The notes beneath the pieces are model-generated. The model saw only the letters and a program-made list of their open reading frames with translations. It had not been told where the DNA came from and made no database searches. This document shows positions 1 to 9,700 of a DNA stretch of 50,440 nucleotides, piece by piece. The DNA comes from Patescibacteria group bacterium (GTDB lineage: Bacteria > Patescibacteriota > Minisyncoccia > Phycocordibacterales > UBA9973). The stretch covers positions 29,545 through 79,984 of the forward strand of contig JAZKIP010000010.1 of NCBI GenBank assembly GCA_040384805.1. Reading direction: 5' to 3'. The position numbers and the translations under genes were made by a program. Position 1 is the stretch's first letter, and each line of letters begins with the position of its first letter.

Positions 1-356
1 CTATTCGAAGCGTCAAATTGCCGAATCCTCTCGAAATTCCTAATGTTGGATCTTTCTTTAAAAATCCGATCGTTGAAAAAACTATTGCTGATACATTGAA
101 AGAGCGCCATCCGACAGTGACGGTTTTCCCCGTAAGTGAAAGAGAAACGAAGGTTCCCGCCGGATGGCTTATTGAAAATGCAGGCCTGAAAGGGAAAAGT
201 TTTGGTCCGATTTCAACATATAAAAACAATGCGCTCGTTCTTGTAAATAATGGAAACGCCACATTCGCCGATGTCGAAAAAGCCCGCAATGAGATAATAA
301 AAGAAGTCAGAAATAAATTCGGTATTATACTTGAAACGGAACCGGAGTTTGTGTAG
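1..356 (+). CDS. murB: UDP-N-acetylenolpyruvoylglucosamine reductase MurB, C-terminal fragment (5' end outside window)
   Basis: The reading frame of ORF 18..356 is open to the left edge. PNVGSFFKNP...PAGWLIENAGLKGKSFG...NALVLVNNGNATFADV matches the conserved MurB C-terminal domain. The cell-wall genes ddl and alr follow. Confidence 0.8.
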   Translation, partial: IRSVKLPNPLEIPNVGSFFKNPIVEKTIADTLKERHPTVTVFPVSERETKVPAGWLIENAGLKGKSFGPISTYKNNALVLVNNGNATFADVEKARNEIIKEVRNKFGIILETEPEFV

Positions 357-521
357 ATCCGTCACTGTGATCACGAATCACTAAATATAATTCTGCGCTT
401 TGCTTGAATTCTATGTAAGTGTTCGCGACCCCGGCTCGGCAATTTTTGTACTCAAAAATTATGCCTGCGCCCGCACAAATTGTCCTCAGGCAAAGCAGTT
501 TTGCCTGTTTTATGCAATTTG

Positions 522-603
522 TGCCGGAGGGGAGACTTGAACTCCCAAGTCTTGCGACACGCGATTTTGAGTCGCGCATGGTTACCAATTTCATCACTCC
601 GGC
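522..603 (-). tRNA. tRNA-Leu (anticodon CAA), long variable arm, no encoded CCA
   Basis: The reverse complement reads GCCGGAG-TG-ATGAAATTGGTAACCAT-G-CGCGA-CTCAAAA-TCGCG-TGTCGCAAGACTT-GGGAG-TTCAAGT-CTCCC-CTCCGGC-A. This folds by hand as a class II cloverleaf. Confidence 0.85.
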
Positions 604-677
604 AAGTGATACCAGTATACTAAAATATTCCATAAAATCAATTTTGAAACGACTTAAAAAAGGCGTATAGTTAAGGC

Positions 678-1769
678 ATGAAAAAGCCCAAGAAAAAATT
701 AAAAGTCGCCATCCTCTTTGGAGGTAAATCCGTCGAACACGAAGTGTCTCTCCGGTCCGCGCGCAATATCGCCGAGGCAATGGACAAAGATAAATACGAT
801 ATTGTTTTTATCGGGATCGACAAAAAAGGAAATTGGCTTCGCCTCAAGAAAAATCCGAGTTTGGAAGGCAAGAGTCTCGTTCTTGCAGATTCTGCATCGA
901 CTGCCTTTGTTCCCCTTGATACTAGAAAGATACAAGCAGGGGAAAGCTCTTTGGATGGCGAAGTGGATGTCGTTTTCCCCGTTCTTCACGGAACTTTCGG
1001 AGAGGACGGTACGGTTCAGGGGCTTTTGAAGCTCAAAGGTATACCGTTTGTCGGCTGTTCGGTTCTCGGATCTGCTGTTGCCTTCGATAAGGATGTTACG
1101 AAAAGGCTTCTCACCGAAGCGGGAATTCCTAACTCACGATATATGACGTTTAAGAAAGGCGATGTTGTTTCTTTCAGCCATGCGAAGAAAAAACTCGGCC
1201 TTCCTCTTTTTATAAAACCGGCGAATTCAGGATCGTCTGTCGGAGTAAGCAAGGCCGCGACTAAGGCAGAGTTTGATCGCGCAGTCGAGCAGGCATTTCT
1301 CTTTGATCGCAAGATCCTGATTGAAGAATTCATCGACGGTCGGGAAGTTGAATGCGCGGTTCTCGGCAATGACGATCCCGTCGCATCTGTTGTCGGGGAG
1401 GTGATTACAAATACTGCTCATGGTTTTTATTCCTACGAAGCAAAATATCTTGATGAGAACGGGGCAGCCATCGAGATACCGGCAAAATTGTCGAAAACCG
1501 TACAAACGAAAATACAAAAACTTGCGGTCAAGACATTCCAGACTCTTTGCTGCGAAGGATTATCACGTGTTGATTGCTTCGTAACCAAAAAAGGCAAAAT
1601 ATACGTCAACGAGGTCAATACTCTGCCCGGGTTTACTAATATCAGCATGTACCCGAGCTTGTGGAAAGCAAGCGGTCTTTCCTATTCCAAACTCATTGAT
1701 CGGCTGATTATGCTTGCCATTGAGCGCTTCACTAAAGAGAAAAAATTGCGAACGTCTTTGGAAAAATAA
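678..1769 (+). CDS. ddl: D-alanine--D-alanine ligase
   Basis: 363 aa. KVAILFGGKSVEHEVSLRSA, VFPVLHGTFGEDGTVQGLL, NEVNTLPGFT are typical Ddl ATP-grasp motifs. alr is adjacent. Confidence 0.95.
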   Translation: MKKPKKKLKVAILFGGKSVEHEVSLRSARNIAEAMDKDKYDIVFIGIDKKGNWLRLKKNPSLEGKSLVLADSASTAFVPLDTRKIQAGESSLDGEVDVVFPVLHGTFGEDGTVQGLLKLKGIPFVGCSVLGSAVAFDKDVTKRLLTEAGIPNSRYMTFKKGDVVSFSHAKKKLGLPLFIKPANSGSSVGVSKAATKAEFDRAVEQAFLFDRKILIEEFIDGREVECAVLGNDDPVASVVGEVITNTAHGFYSYEAKYLDENGAAIEIPAKLSKTVQTKIQKLAVKTFQTLCCEGLSRVDCFVTKKGKIYVNEVNTLPGFTNISMYPSLWKASGLSYSKLIDRLIMLAIERFTKEKKLRTSLEK

Positions 1770-1772
1770 AGT

Positions 1773-2912
1773 ATGCAGAAGAAACATCCTCTCTCATATA
1801 TCGAAATCTCAAAAGCGAATGTGATTTACAACATCAAGCAATTTCGCCGTATTGTAAAAGAGGGAACAAAGATCGCAGCTGTCGTGAAGGCCAATGCATA
1901 TGGTCATGGAGATAGGGCAGTGGTATCGATCCTTGCTCCTTATGTTGATTATTTCCAAGTCAACAGCGTTGAAGAATTGGAAACGATCAGAGCGGTTACG
2001 AAGAAACCGGTTCTCCTTTTAGGATATGTGCAAAAGAGCGATCTTGCTCGTGTGATGTCGGCCGGATGTATTCTTTCCGTTTTCGATCTTCCTCATGCTC
2101 TTGCGATTAATGAGGCATCACGGAAACTAAAGATCATTCAGAAAGTCCATATCGCCATTGATGCTCATCTTGGTCGCGAAGGACTATTGCCTTCGCAGGT
2201 CGAGAAATTTCTCGCTGAAATCAAAAAAATGAAAAATATCAGCATTGACGGGATCTATGCCCACTTTGCCAATATCGAGGACAGCGCTGATCTTTCTCAT
2301 GCCGAAAAACAAATAAAGGCATTTAAAGACGCCATACAGCTATTCAAGGAGCCTGCCGGCAAGCAGGGCATAAAGACTCATATATCCGCGACATCGGGGG
2401 TATTGGCATATGAGAAATGGAAGGGTATTCATCCGATCGTTCGGATTGGTATTGGACTCTATGGCATGTGGCCAAGCGGCGCTCTTGAGAAAATGTGGCA
2501 AAAGAAAATTTCTCTCAAGCCTGCCCTGCGCTACGTTACCCGCGTCGCATCTCTTAAGGAACTTCCCGCCGGAGAATCAATCGGATACGGTCTCTCATAT
2601 GTGACTACAAAGAAAACAGATATTGTGGTCATCCCGCAGGGATATTCGAACGGCATTCCGCGCTCGGCTTCCAATAAAGGCTCCGTTCTTATCCGCGGCA
2701 AGCGGGCGCCGATCCTCGGACGCATAGCGATGAACATGTTCGTTGTCGATGTGACTGATATAAAAGGGGCAAAAGCCGAAGACGAGGCTGTCATTATAGG
2801 AAGCCAAAAAGGGCAAAGCATATCTGCCGAGGAGTGGGCCGAGAAAACCCAGACGATCAATTATGAGGTCACGACAAGGCTAAGCGCATTATTGCCCCGG
2901 ATTATCGTATAG
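1773..2912 (+). CDS. alr: alanine racemase
   Basis: 379 aa. It has the PLP-lysine motif AVVKANAYGHG and the C-terminal IGYG...RIAMNMFVVD region typical of Alr. It starts 4 nt after the ddl stop. Confidence 0.95.
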   Translation: MQKKHPLSYIEISKANVIYNIKQFRRIVKEGTKIAAVVKANAYGHGDRAVVSILAPYVDYFQVNSVEELETIRAVTKKPVLLLGYVQKSDLARVMSAGCILSVFDLPHALAINEASRKLKIIQKVHIAIDAHLGREGLLPSQVEKFLAEIKKMKNISIDGIYAHFANIEDSADLSHAEKQIKAFKDAIQLFKEPAGKQGIKTHISATSGVLAYEKWKGIHPIVRIGIGLYGMWPSGALEKMWQKKISLKPALRYVTRVASLKELPAGESIGYGLSYVTTKKTDIVVIPQGYSNGIPRSASNKGSVLIRGKRAPILGRIAMNMFVVDVTDIKGAKAEDEAVIIGSQKGQSISAEEWAEKTQTINYEVTTRLSALLPRIIV

Positions 2913-2950
2913 TTGCCTTTTACGGACTTTTATAGTATCCTATACCCACT

Positions 2951-3115
2951 ATGTCACAAGATAGAATTTTAAAGATGAAATGCGCCGTCTGCAAGAATGG
3001 CAATTACATTACAAGCAAGAATAAAAAACTAGTTCCGAAAAAGCTTGATCTTAATAAATTCTGCAAAACATGCAGAAAGAATACAAAGCATAAGGAAGCG
3101 AAGATAACTGGTTAA
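2951..3115 (+). CDS. rpmG: 50S ribosomal protein L33
   Basis: This 54-aa ORF is below the ORF-track cutoff: MSQDRILKMKCAVCKNGNYITSKNKKLVPKKLDLNKFCKTCRKNTKHKEAKITG. It shows the CxxC...CxxC zinc-ribbon pattern and the KN..KLxLxKFC..C..HT.HKE signature of L33. Confidence 0.85.
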   Translation: MSQDRILKMKCAVCKNGNYITSKNKKLVPKKLDLNKFCKTCRKNTKHKEAKITG

Positions 3116-3179
3116 AACCTCCTTTTTCTGATACAATGACACCGTTTCGTCAACCGCGAAGCGGTTTGTCGTTTTATAA

Positions 3180-3253
3180 GGGCGATTAGTTTAATGGTAG
3201 AACAACGGTCTCCAAAACCGTTGGTGGGAGTTCGATTCTTCCATCGCCCGCCA
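3180..3253 (+). tRNA. tRNA-Trp (anticodon CCA) with encoded 3' CCA
   Basis: GGGCGAT-TA-GTTTAATGGTAGAAC-A-ACGGT-CTCCAAA-ACCGT-TGGT-GGGAG-TTCGATT-CTTCC-ATCGCCC-G-CCA. Acceptor, anticodon and T stems all pair. Confidence 0.9.
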
Positions 3254-3424
3254 TGATCCGCAAGGATAGCTGGAAGGAGCTATCCGCGTGGAGTATCATT
3301 GCGAGGCGATGGAAGAATCGAAAGCCGGACTCCGACTCGGGTCGGAGGAGGCGGGGTCGCGAGATTTTTCACCAGAAAAATACTTGTGACCGATAAATGT
3401 ACTCATGATCTTCCATCGCCCGCA
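3254..3424 (+). other. GC-rich structured trailer of tRNA-Trp, with an antisense and a sense partial copy of the tRNA 3' end
   Basis: 3305-3322 is the exact reverse complement of tRNA positions 3231-3248 (18 nt). 3410-3423 repeats CTTCCATCGCCCGC (14 nt exact). Hairpins are GGATAGCT/AGCTATCC and CTCCGAC/GTCGGAG. There is no plausible ORF. Confidence 0.6.
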
Positions 3425-3475
3425 GTTTAAAAATCCTTATTTTTTAGCAAAGCGTAAAAATGATATAATAAAAAA

Positions 3476-4183
3476 ATGAAGCTAGAAAACCCATTAGAAC
3501 GACAAATTCTTGAAAAAGAAAACCTTTTAAAGCGATTGAGGGAAAAATATGGAAATCTGTTTGAGAAAAGAGAGGAACTTCAGAGTCAAATCGAAGATTT
3601 TATTTTACAGCTGGACATCTATGAAAAAGAAGGAATTATCTCTAATAAAGAAGAATTTGTTATGGGTTTAAAAGAAAGTTTCGAAATACAAGACAAAGAA
3701 AAGTTCGTTACTCATTTATTAAAAATATTCGAACCCTTAGTAAACGCAAAATTTACTCAACCAAGAATTTTTGAAAAAATACAAAGAGAAATGGAAGTAA
3801 ATAGCGGTTTAAAATTAAGCGAAGTGTTATCCGCTGAATTAAAGCCAGAAGATGGAATAGTTAAAATTCATCTAGCCCCAGCAAAAGAATTAATAAAAGG
3901 AGAAGGAGTTGGATATTTTAAAAAAGAAATAGAAATTGGTTTAAGAAAATTAGCAGAAGAAATAGGAATACCGAACAATGAAATAAAAAAAATTGTAGCC
4001 GAATCTTGGATAGTCGCAAAAAATCGATCGCTGGTCGAAACATTAGGATTTACTTACGATGGCATACTTCCCAAAGAGGAGAGTGGCGCTGTCTATCATG
4101 ATGATTTAGGCAATAAGCTACCAGTAGCTAGGGCGGTTATGACGCGTGAAGATTTCTTAGTCAGATACGGTATTAAAAAATAA
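3476..4183 (+). CDS. hypothetical protein (coiled-coil N-terminus)
   Basis: 235-aa ORF in an AT-rich patch. I recognise no motif. Confidence 0.55.
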   Translation: MKLENPLERQILEKENLLKRLREKYGNLFEKREELQSQIEDFILQLDIYEKEGIISNKEEFVMGLKESFEIQDKEKFVTHLLKIFEPLVNAKFTQPRIFEKIQREMEVNSGLKLSEVLSAELKPEDGIVKIHLAPAKELIKGEGVGYFKKEIEIGLRKLAEEIGIPNNEIKKIVAESWIVAKNRSLVETLGFTYDGILPKEESGAVYHDDLGNKLPVARAVMTREDFLVRYGIKK

Positions 4184-4292
4184 AAATGATTTTCTAGTTT
4201 AACTAAGTAAATTATACCCTTCGAAGACGCTATCCCACTTTATAACCACATTTTGGGTAGTGCTCCACTCCAGTTTTTCACAGCCCGCATGT

Positions 4293-4652
4293 ATGAAAAA
4301 TAATCAAACGAGAAAACCTTTCAAGAAAAATATATCCGAGATACCTGTCGAGGAAGCACATGGTGGAAATGGTAAAAGAAAATTAATTCTCTCTACAAAA
4401 GACTCAATTTCCAATCAATTGCATGCGATGACAAAAGGTTTTCTTGCTGTAAACGGATGTTTTGATTGGCATGAACATGAAGATATAGATGAATTTTTCT
4501 TGGTAATAAAAGGTATGGGGATAGTTGAATTTGAAGATGGTACAACAATGGAATATAAAACTGAAGACATTATATACATGTCATCAAATTTGAAGCATAA
4601 AATAACAGCACAAGAAGACAGTGAGTTTTTCTTTATGAGAATAAACGATTAA
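4293..4652 (+). CDS. cupin domain protein
   Basis: WHEHEDIDEFFLVIKGMGIVEFEDG...YMSSNLKHKI fits the two-motif cupin pattern (HxH...E...H). I prefer the ATG at 4293 (MKNNQTRK) to the GTG at 4260. Confidence 0.6.
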   Translation: MKNNQTRKPFKKNISEIPVEEAHGGNGKRKLILSTKDSISNQLHAMTKGFLAVNGCFDWHEHEDIDEFFLVIKGMGIVEFEDGTTMEYKTEDIIYMSSNLKHKITAQEDSEFFFMRIND

Positions 4653-4757
4653 CTAACCTATCGTTTTTATCGTTTCTCTGTTCTATTCTCTCTAATATGA
4701 GAAAAGCTGCTTCCGATATTATCGAAAACAGCTTTTACTTTTTCGTGGGGGGTTATT

Positions 4758-5009
4758 TCATGTATTCGTGTAATACAGGAACAGGTTTAAACTGACCCAA
4801 GCTACGAGACATGACAGGACCAGTCCGACAATTACGGTAATGATGTTTAAAATTTGCATTTCGTAGGCAATGACTATAGAAACAAAGCCCAGGAATAAAC
4901 ATATTGATATAATTGCCTGAAAGGAGAGGCTCGTGTAGGATCCTACAATCCCGCCTACAGATCCTGAGATAATCATAAACATTAAAAAAAGGACGTATTT
5001 TCTTTTCAT
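4758..5009 (-). CDS. small membrane protein (about 3 TM), hypothetical
   Basis: 83-aa ORF that is almost entirely hydrophobic helices. Confidence 0.45.
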   Translation of the reverse strand: MKRKYVLFLMFMIISGSVGGIVGSYTSLSFQAIISICLFLGFVSIVIAYEMQILNIITVIVGLVLSCLVAWVSLNLFLYYTNT

Positions 5010-5078
5010 ACTTATTAATTTAAGTGAAGAATTTCTTATACATTACAACAATTCATATCTATTGTCAATTCGCCTTTT

Positions 5079-5993
5079 CTATTTTAAAAACTCGCTTATT
5101 TTTTTCGTAACTTTCCTCCTCTCGCTCTCTTTCCTCGGATCGATCCACGCCGTCTCTTGGTCTCTTTTAAACCATGTCTTCTGCCGCTTGGCATAGTGCC
5201 AGATCTCGGTATTTAATTTCTCGATCATTTCCTGTTTTGAAATTTTCTTCTGAAGGTACAAAGCTCCATATCTGTACTCAAGTCCGAGTTCCTGCATCCG
5301 TCGCCACGAAACTCCTTTGTCGTGAAGGCTTTTGATTTCCTTTAGCATCCCTTTTTTAATTCGAGCGGTCAGTCGTGTTCTGATCTTTTCTTTCAATACT
5401 TCATCAGGGAGAGCAAGACCGATTTTTAAAACATCGTATTTCTGTTTTCCTTTTATTTTCGGGACTTTGCCGAGAGCATTGGCGATCTCGATCGCGCGGA
5501 TAAGCCGGACTTTGTTATTGATATCAATTACCTTCGCGCGGCCGGGATCGAGTTTTCTTAATAGGATGACAAGTTGGGCAGCTGTTTTTTTATTAAGCCC
5601 TTCACGCAGCGCACTATTTGGCGGAACTTCAGGTAAAATAATATTATCGACAAGAGCATCAATATAGAATCCTGTGCCTCCGCAGACAATAGGGATGTTG
5701 CCTCGCTCGAGAATTTCATCTATTTTTTTATCAGCGAGCTTTTTAAATTCGCTCACCGTGAAAGTTTTCTTGGGAGATATAATATCAAGGAGATGATGCG
5801 GAACACCTCTCATTTCCTTATATGTAATTTTTCCTGTACCGAGATTCATGCCCCGGTAAACCTGCCGCGAATCGGCAGAAATAATTTCGCCTAAAACTTT
5901 ATTCTGCAAAGTTTGGGCGATCTCGACGGCGAAATCGCTTTTTCCTGTTGCAGTTTGTCCGAGAACTACGATGATTTTCGGCATTTCTTTCAT
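5079..5993 (-). CDS. miaA: tRNA dimethylallyltransferase
   Basis: The P-loop IIVVLGQTATGKSDFAVEIA, then SADSRQVYRGMNLGTGK and VCGGTGFYIDAL, are MiaA hallmarks. I set the start at the ATG at 5993 (MKEMPKII), because the ORF-track start at 6158 adds a non-homologous extension. Confidence 0.9.
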   Translation of the reverse strand: MKEMPKIIVVLGQTATGKSDFAVEIAQTLQNKVLGEIISADSRQVYRGMNLGTGKITYKEMRGVPHHLLDIISPKKTFTVSEFKKLADKKIDEILERGNIPIVCGGTGFYIDALVDNIILPEVPPNSALREGLNKKTAAQLVILLRKLDPGRAKVIDINNKVRLIRAIEIANALGKVPKIKGKQKYDVLKIGLALPDEVLKEKIRTRLTARIKKGMLKEIKSLHDKGVSWRRMQELGLEYRYGALYLQKKISKQEMIEKLNTEIWHYAKRQKTWFKRDQETAWIDPRKESERRKVTKKISEFLK

Positions 5994-6147
5994 ATGATTT
6001 CTATCCTCGCATACTCGGACTTTTTTTGCTATAGTACTGATACTTGTCCCGTATGAAATTCTCGATGAAGGGATAGAATAGATAATCGTTGTATAGCAAA
6101 CTAACTTAGATTCTTGCATAAAAAATACCGCAAGAATTTCATATGGG

Positions 6148-6450
6148 ATGTCAATCAAATCATTTTTATTGAAAAAGGCTCTTCAGCTCAAAGGTGTATC
6201 ATCAGATCAGGCTGATAAGATCAGCAAGGAGCTGTCTGAAAACCCTCAACTTGCCGCAAGTCTCAAAGCTCTTGAATCAAACAAGGAAATAAAGGACCTT
6301 TTTGAAAAAATTCAGAAAGAAATTGCGGAGAAAAAGAAGGGAGGCTTAGGCGATGAATACGCTGCAGTCTTAGTCATGGGGAAATATAAGGCCGATATCA
6401 TGAAGCATCGCGAGGCTCTCGCTCCGCTCTTGGCTTTAATGCAGAAATAA
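6148..6450 (+). CDS. hypothetical small helical protein
   Basis: 100-aa ORF. Its stop lies 1 nt before the orphaned ychF start at 6452. Confidence 0.5.
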   Translation: MSIKSFLLKKALQLKGVSSDQADKISKELSENPQLAASLKALESNKEIKDLFEKIQKEIAEKKKGGLGDEYAAVLVMGKYKADIMKHREALAPLLALMQK

Positions 6451-6451
6451 T

Positions 6452-6475
6452 ATGTCACTATCTATCGGAATAGAG
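6452..6475 (+). repeat. attL-like junction: orphaned native ychF start (ATGTCACTATCTATCGGAAT = MSLSIGI) that runs into a stop
   Basis: It encodes MSLSIGI, then IERT*. Compare MSSLSIGIVGLPNVGKST at 19585. The shared ATCGG(A/C)AT core suggests a crossover at AT 6470-6471. Confidence 0.6.
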
Positions 6476-6729
6476 CGAACATAACCCGACACGCTATTCC
6501 TTTCTCCTTTACCATAAAGTTACCTCCTCCACTACAAAGAGGGGTAGATTATGGTTTTAAGCGCTCAAAATGAGGGTTTAGAAATAGTTTATCTTTTTTA
6601 GGTAAAATAGGCCTTGGGGATAGCCCCTATAAGTTAGGGGGGCTTGTTCCTATAAGATGTGACTCTCTTACTTTTTACAACAAACATCGACTTCTATCAT
6701 TCTAGAGGAGAAAAGAGTAAAATCGAATT

Positions 6730-9700
6730 ATGGTAGTTGATGTTAACTGGAATAATTTTAGAGCAAAATTCAACCTTCAAGAAGAGGTCGCTTTTGAACG
6801 ATTCTGTTATCTTTTATTCTGTAAAGAGTTTAACAAAAATTTAGGTATTTTTAGATTCAAGAATCATGCTGGTATTGAAACTAACCCCGTAGAACAGGGT
6901 AGCCTAGTTATAGGTTGGCAAGCAAAGTTTTATACTACAGCGTTATCACAGCATACAGCTGATTTTAAAGAATCAATTGATACGACTAAAGAAAGGCATC
7001 CAGAAGTAAATAAAATTCTCTTTTATACGAATCAAGAATTTGGACAGGATAAAAAGAAGACAGATCCAAAATATAAAAAAGATATCGAAGCTCATGCAAA
7101 ATCAAAAGGAATTGAAATTGAATGGAGAACAGGAAGTTATTTTGAATCATCATTTGTTTGTGAAGAAAATTCCAGCATTGCCCAACATTTCTTTAGTCTT
7201 AAAATAGGTATCATTGACTCAATTATTGAGCTTCAGAAATATACTGAGTTAGTATTACAACCTATCCGTTCTGAAATTCCTTTTGGAGAAGATGTAATCA
7301 AGCTTGATCGTTCTTCTGTTGTCGGTGGTATCAGAGATACAGTTCAAAATTTTTCCATTGCTGTTTTAAGTGGTGGTGCTGGGGTTGGTAAAACTGCAGT
7401 TGTTAAAGATCTTTACGAAACAGTTAAAGACTCAGCACCTCTTTTTGTCTTTAAGGTGACACAGTTTAAAGATACTTCTCATATAAATCAACTTTTTAAA
7501 AATTACGGGGAAATTACTGCTACTGAATTTATTACCGAACATAAGGATATTAACGAAAAGTATGTAGTTTTTGATTCTGCTGAGAGGCTTTCAGAGATTG
7601 AAGATCAAGACGTATTTAGAATGTTTCTATCTGATTTGGTAGAAAATGGATGGAATATTATTTTTACAGTACGGCACAACTATCTCGACGATCTCCGGTT
7701 TCAATTGCGAGAATTTTACGGAGCAAATTTCGCATCTCTAAACATTCCTTTTCTCTCTGCCGAAGAAGTGGAAAAAATTGCTAAAGAACACAAATTTAAG
7801 CTTCCAAAAAATGATAGGCTAGTAAGCTTGCTATCGACTCCGCTTTACCTGAGTGAATACTTACAGGATTATACAGAGATAAAATCGGATATTAGCTATG
7901 CTGATTTTCGAGAGATTGTATGGAAAAAGCAAATACAAAATTCTAGTTATCAAGCAAATAATTTACATAGACGTAGAGAAGAATGTTTTCTAAAGATCGC
8001 TAAACAGCGAGCAAATGAAGGTGGCTTTTTTGTTAAAACTCAAGAATCAGATCAAGAAGCGCTCCAAAAGCTAGAAGTGAGTGAAATTATTAAATTTGAC
8101 CCGAATGCTGGTGGTTACTTCATAACACATGATGTTTATGAAGAATGGGCGCTAGATATGTTAATTGAAAGGTCTTTTAATACTGCTCCTGACTATCAAA
8201 CTTTTTATCAGGAAATTGGAAGTTCACTCCCGATTCGACGTGCCTTTAGAGTTTGGTTGTCTGATAAATTATTTGCAAATGATGATAAGGCGAAGAAGTT
8301 GATTGAATTCAGTATTCAGGATTCAAGTGTGCAAAATCATTGGAAGGATGAAGTCTTGGTTTCTGTACTTCTTTCTGATTACTCAAAGATTTTTTTTGAA
8401 CTTTTTGAAGAAGAATTACTAAAAGAGCCTGAGCGATCAGTTTCAGTCAAAAGCTCTTCTAAAGTCATTACAGTTGTTGATATTGACTATAAGTTTGAGC
8501 AAAGACTTCTCCATAGAGTGCTTTTTTTACTAAGAATTGCTTGTAAAACTGTAGACGAAGACCTTCTAAAACGTTTAGGTTTAACGCGTGCGGGTGCGTA
8601 TTCTTTGAAAACTATATTTACAACTCCAAAAGGTAGCGGTTGGGATTCCGTGATTGCTTTTATCAATAAGAACAAGAATAAACTTAAACTTAAGTACATG
8701 AATGCCATTCTTCCAGTGCTCGATGATTGGAATCGAGGGCATAAGCAAGGAGCTACAACAAAACACGCAAGCCAGATCGCGTTGTTTTATTACAACACTC
8801 TCACTGCTCACAAAGATTTTTATTTCAGTTCACGGGACAGTTCCAAAGATCAAATTATTAGAACGATTCTTAATGGATCTAGTGAAATAAAAAAAGAATT
8901 AGCAAAAATTATAGATAAGATTGTCGCTACAGGAGATACTACTCATCGGAGTAGGTATTATGAATTAGTAAAAACGATTCTCTCATCAATTCTAGATAGT
9001 ATGGAGATTGCTAGGCATCTTCCAAAAGAAGTTATAAAACTTGCAAATCTTTTCTGGTTCTATACACCTCCAAAGGATAGATATCCATATTCAGATTATC
9101 GAAACGATATAGAACAATATTTTGATCTTGCGGGAGGTCATCTTGAGTATTATCCAGCTAGTGCTTTTCAGACTCCGATTGGGACACTTTTACAGGTTGC
9201 CCCTCAAGAAACAGTTAATTTTATTATATCCTTTACGAATAAGTCTATTGAATATTTTTCCAAATCAGAACTTGGTGATGAAGCAGAAGAAATTGATGTT
9301 GTGATTGATGACTCTGGTGCTGTAGTAAAGCAATATATTGGACATAGGATTTGGAATACTTATCGCGGTACGCAAGTGGTTCCACCATTATTGGAATCTA
9401 TCCATATGGCTTTGGAAAGTTGGTTGCTTAATATAGCGAAAACTTGGGATTCAGAGGTTGTAGAGAAGTGGTGTTTGTACCTCATTAAGAATTCTCATTC
9501 GTCATCTATTACCGCAATCGTAGTTAGTACTGTTCTTGCTGAACCCTCAAAATTATTCAATGTCGCAAAGATACTTTTCCGCACGAAAGATCTTTTCTTT
9601 TTTGATTCTGCAAGAATGCAACTTGATATGACACATGCAAAGTTTTCTTATTCGATGGCTCACGATCCTACAGAGATATTTAAAAATGAACGTCTCCAGA

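Noticed and set aside
325-780. 151-aa minus-strand ORF and the 83-aa plus-strand ORF 419..670
   Set aside because: Both overlap tRNA-Leu and the ddl start region. Neither has a motif, and the tRNA explains the region.
5994-6158. 55-codon N-terminal extension of miaA
   Set aside because: The MiaA P-loop sits about 10 residues after the ATG at 5993, as in characterised MiaA. The extension overlaps the divergent gene starting at 6148.
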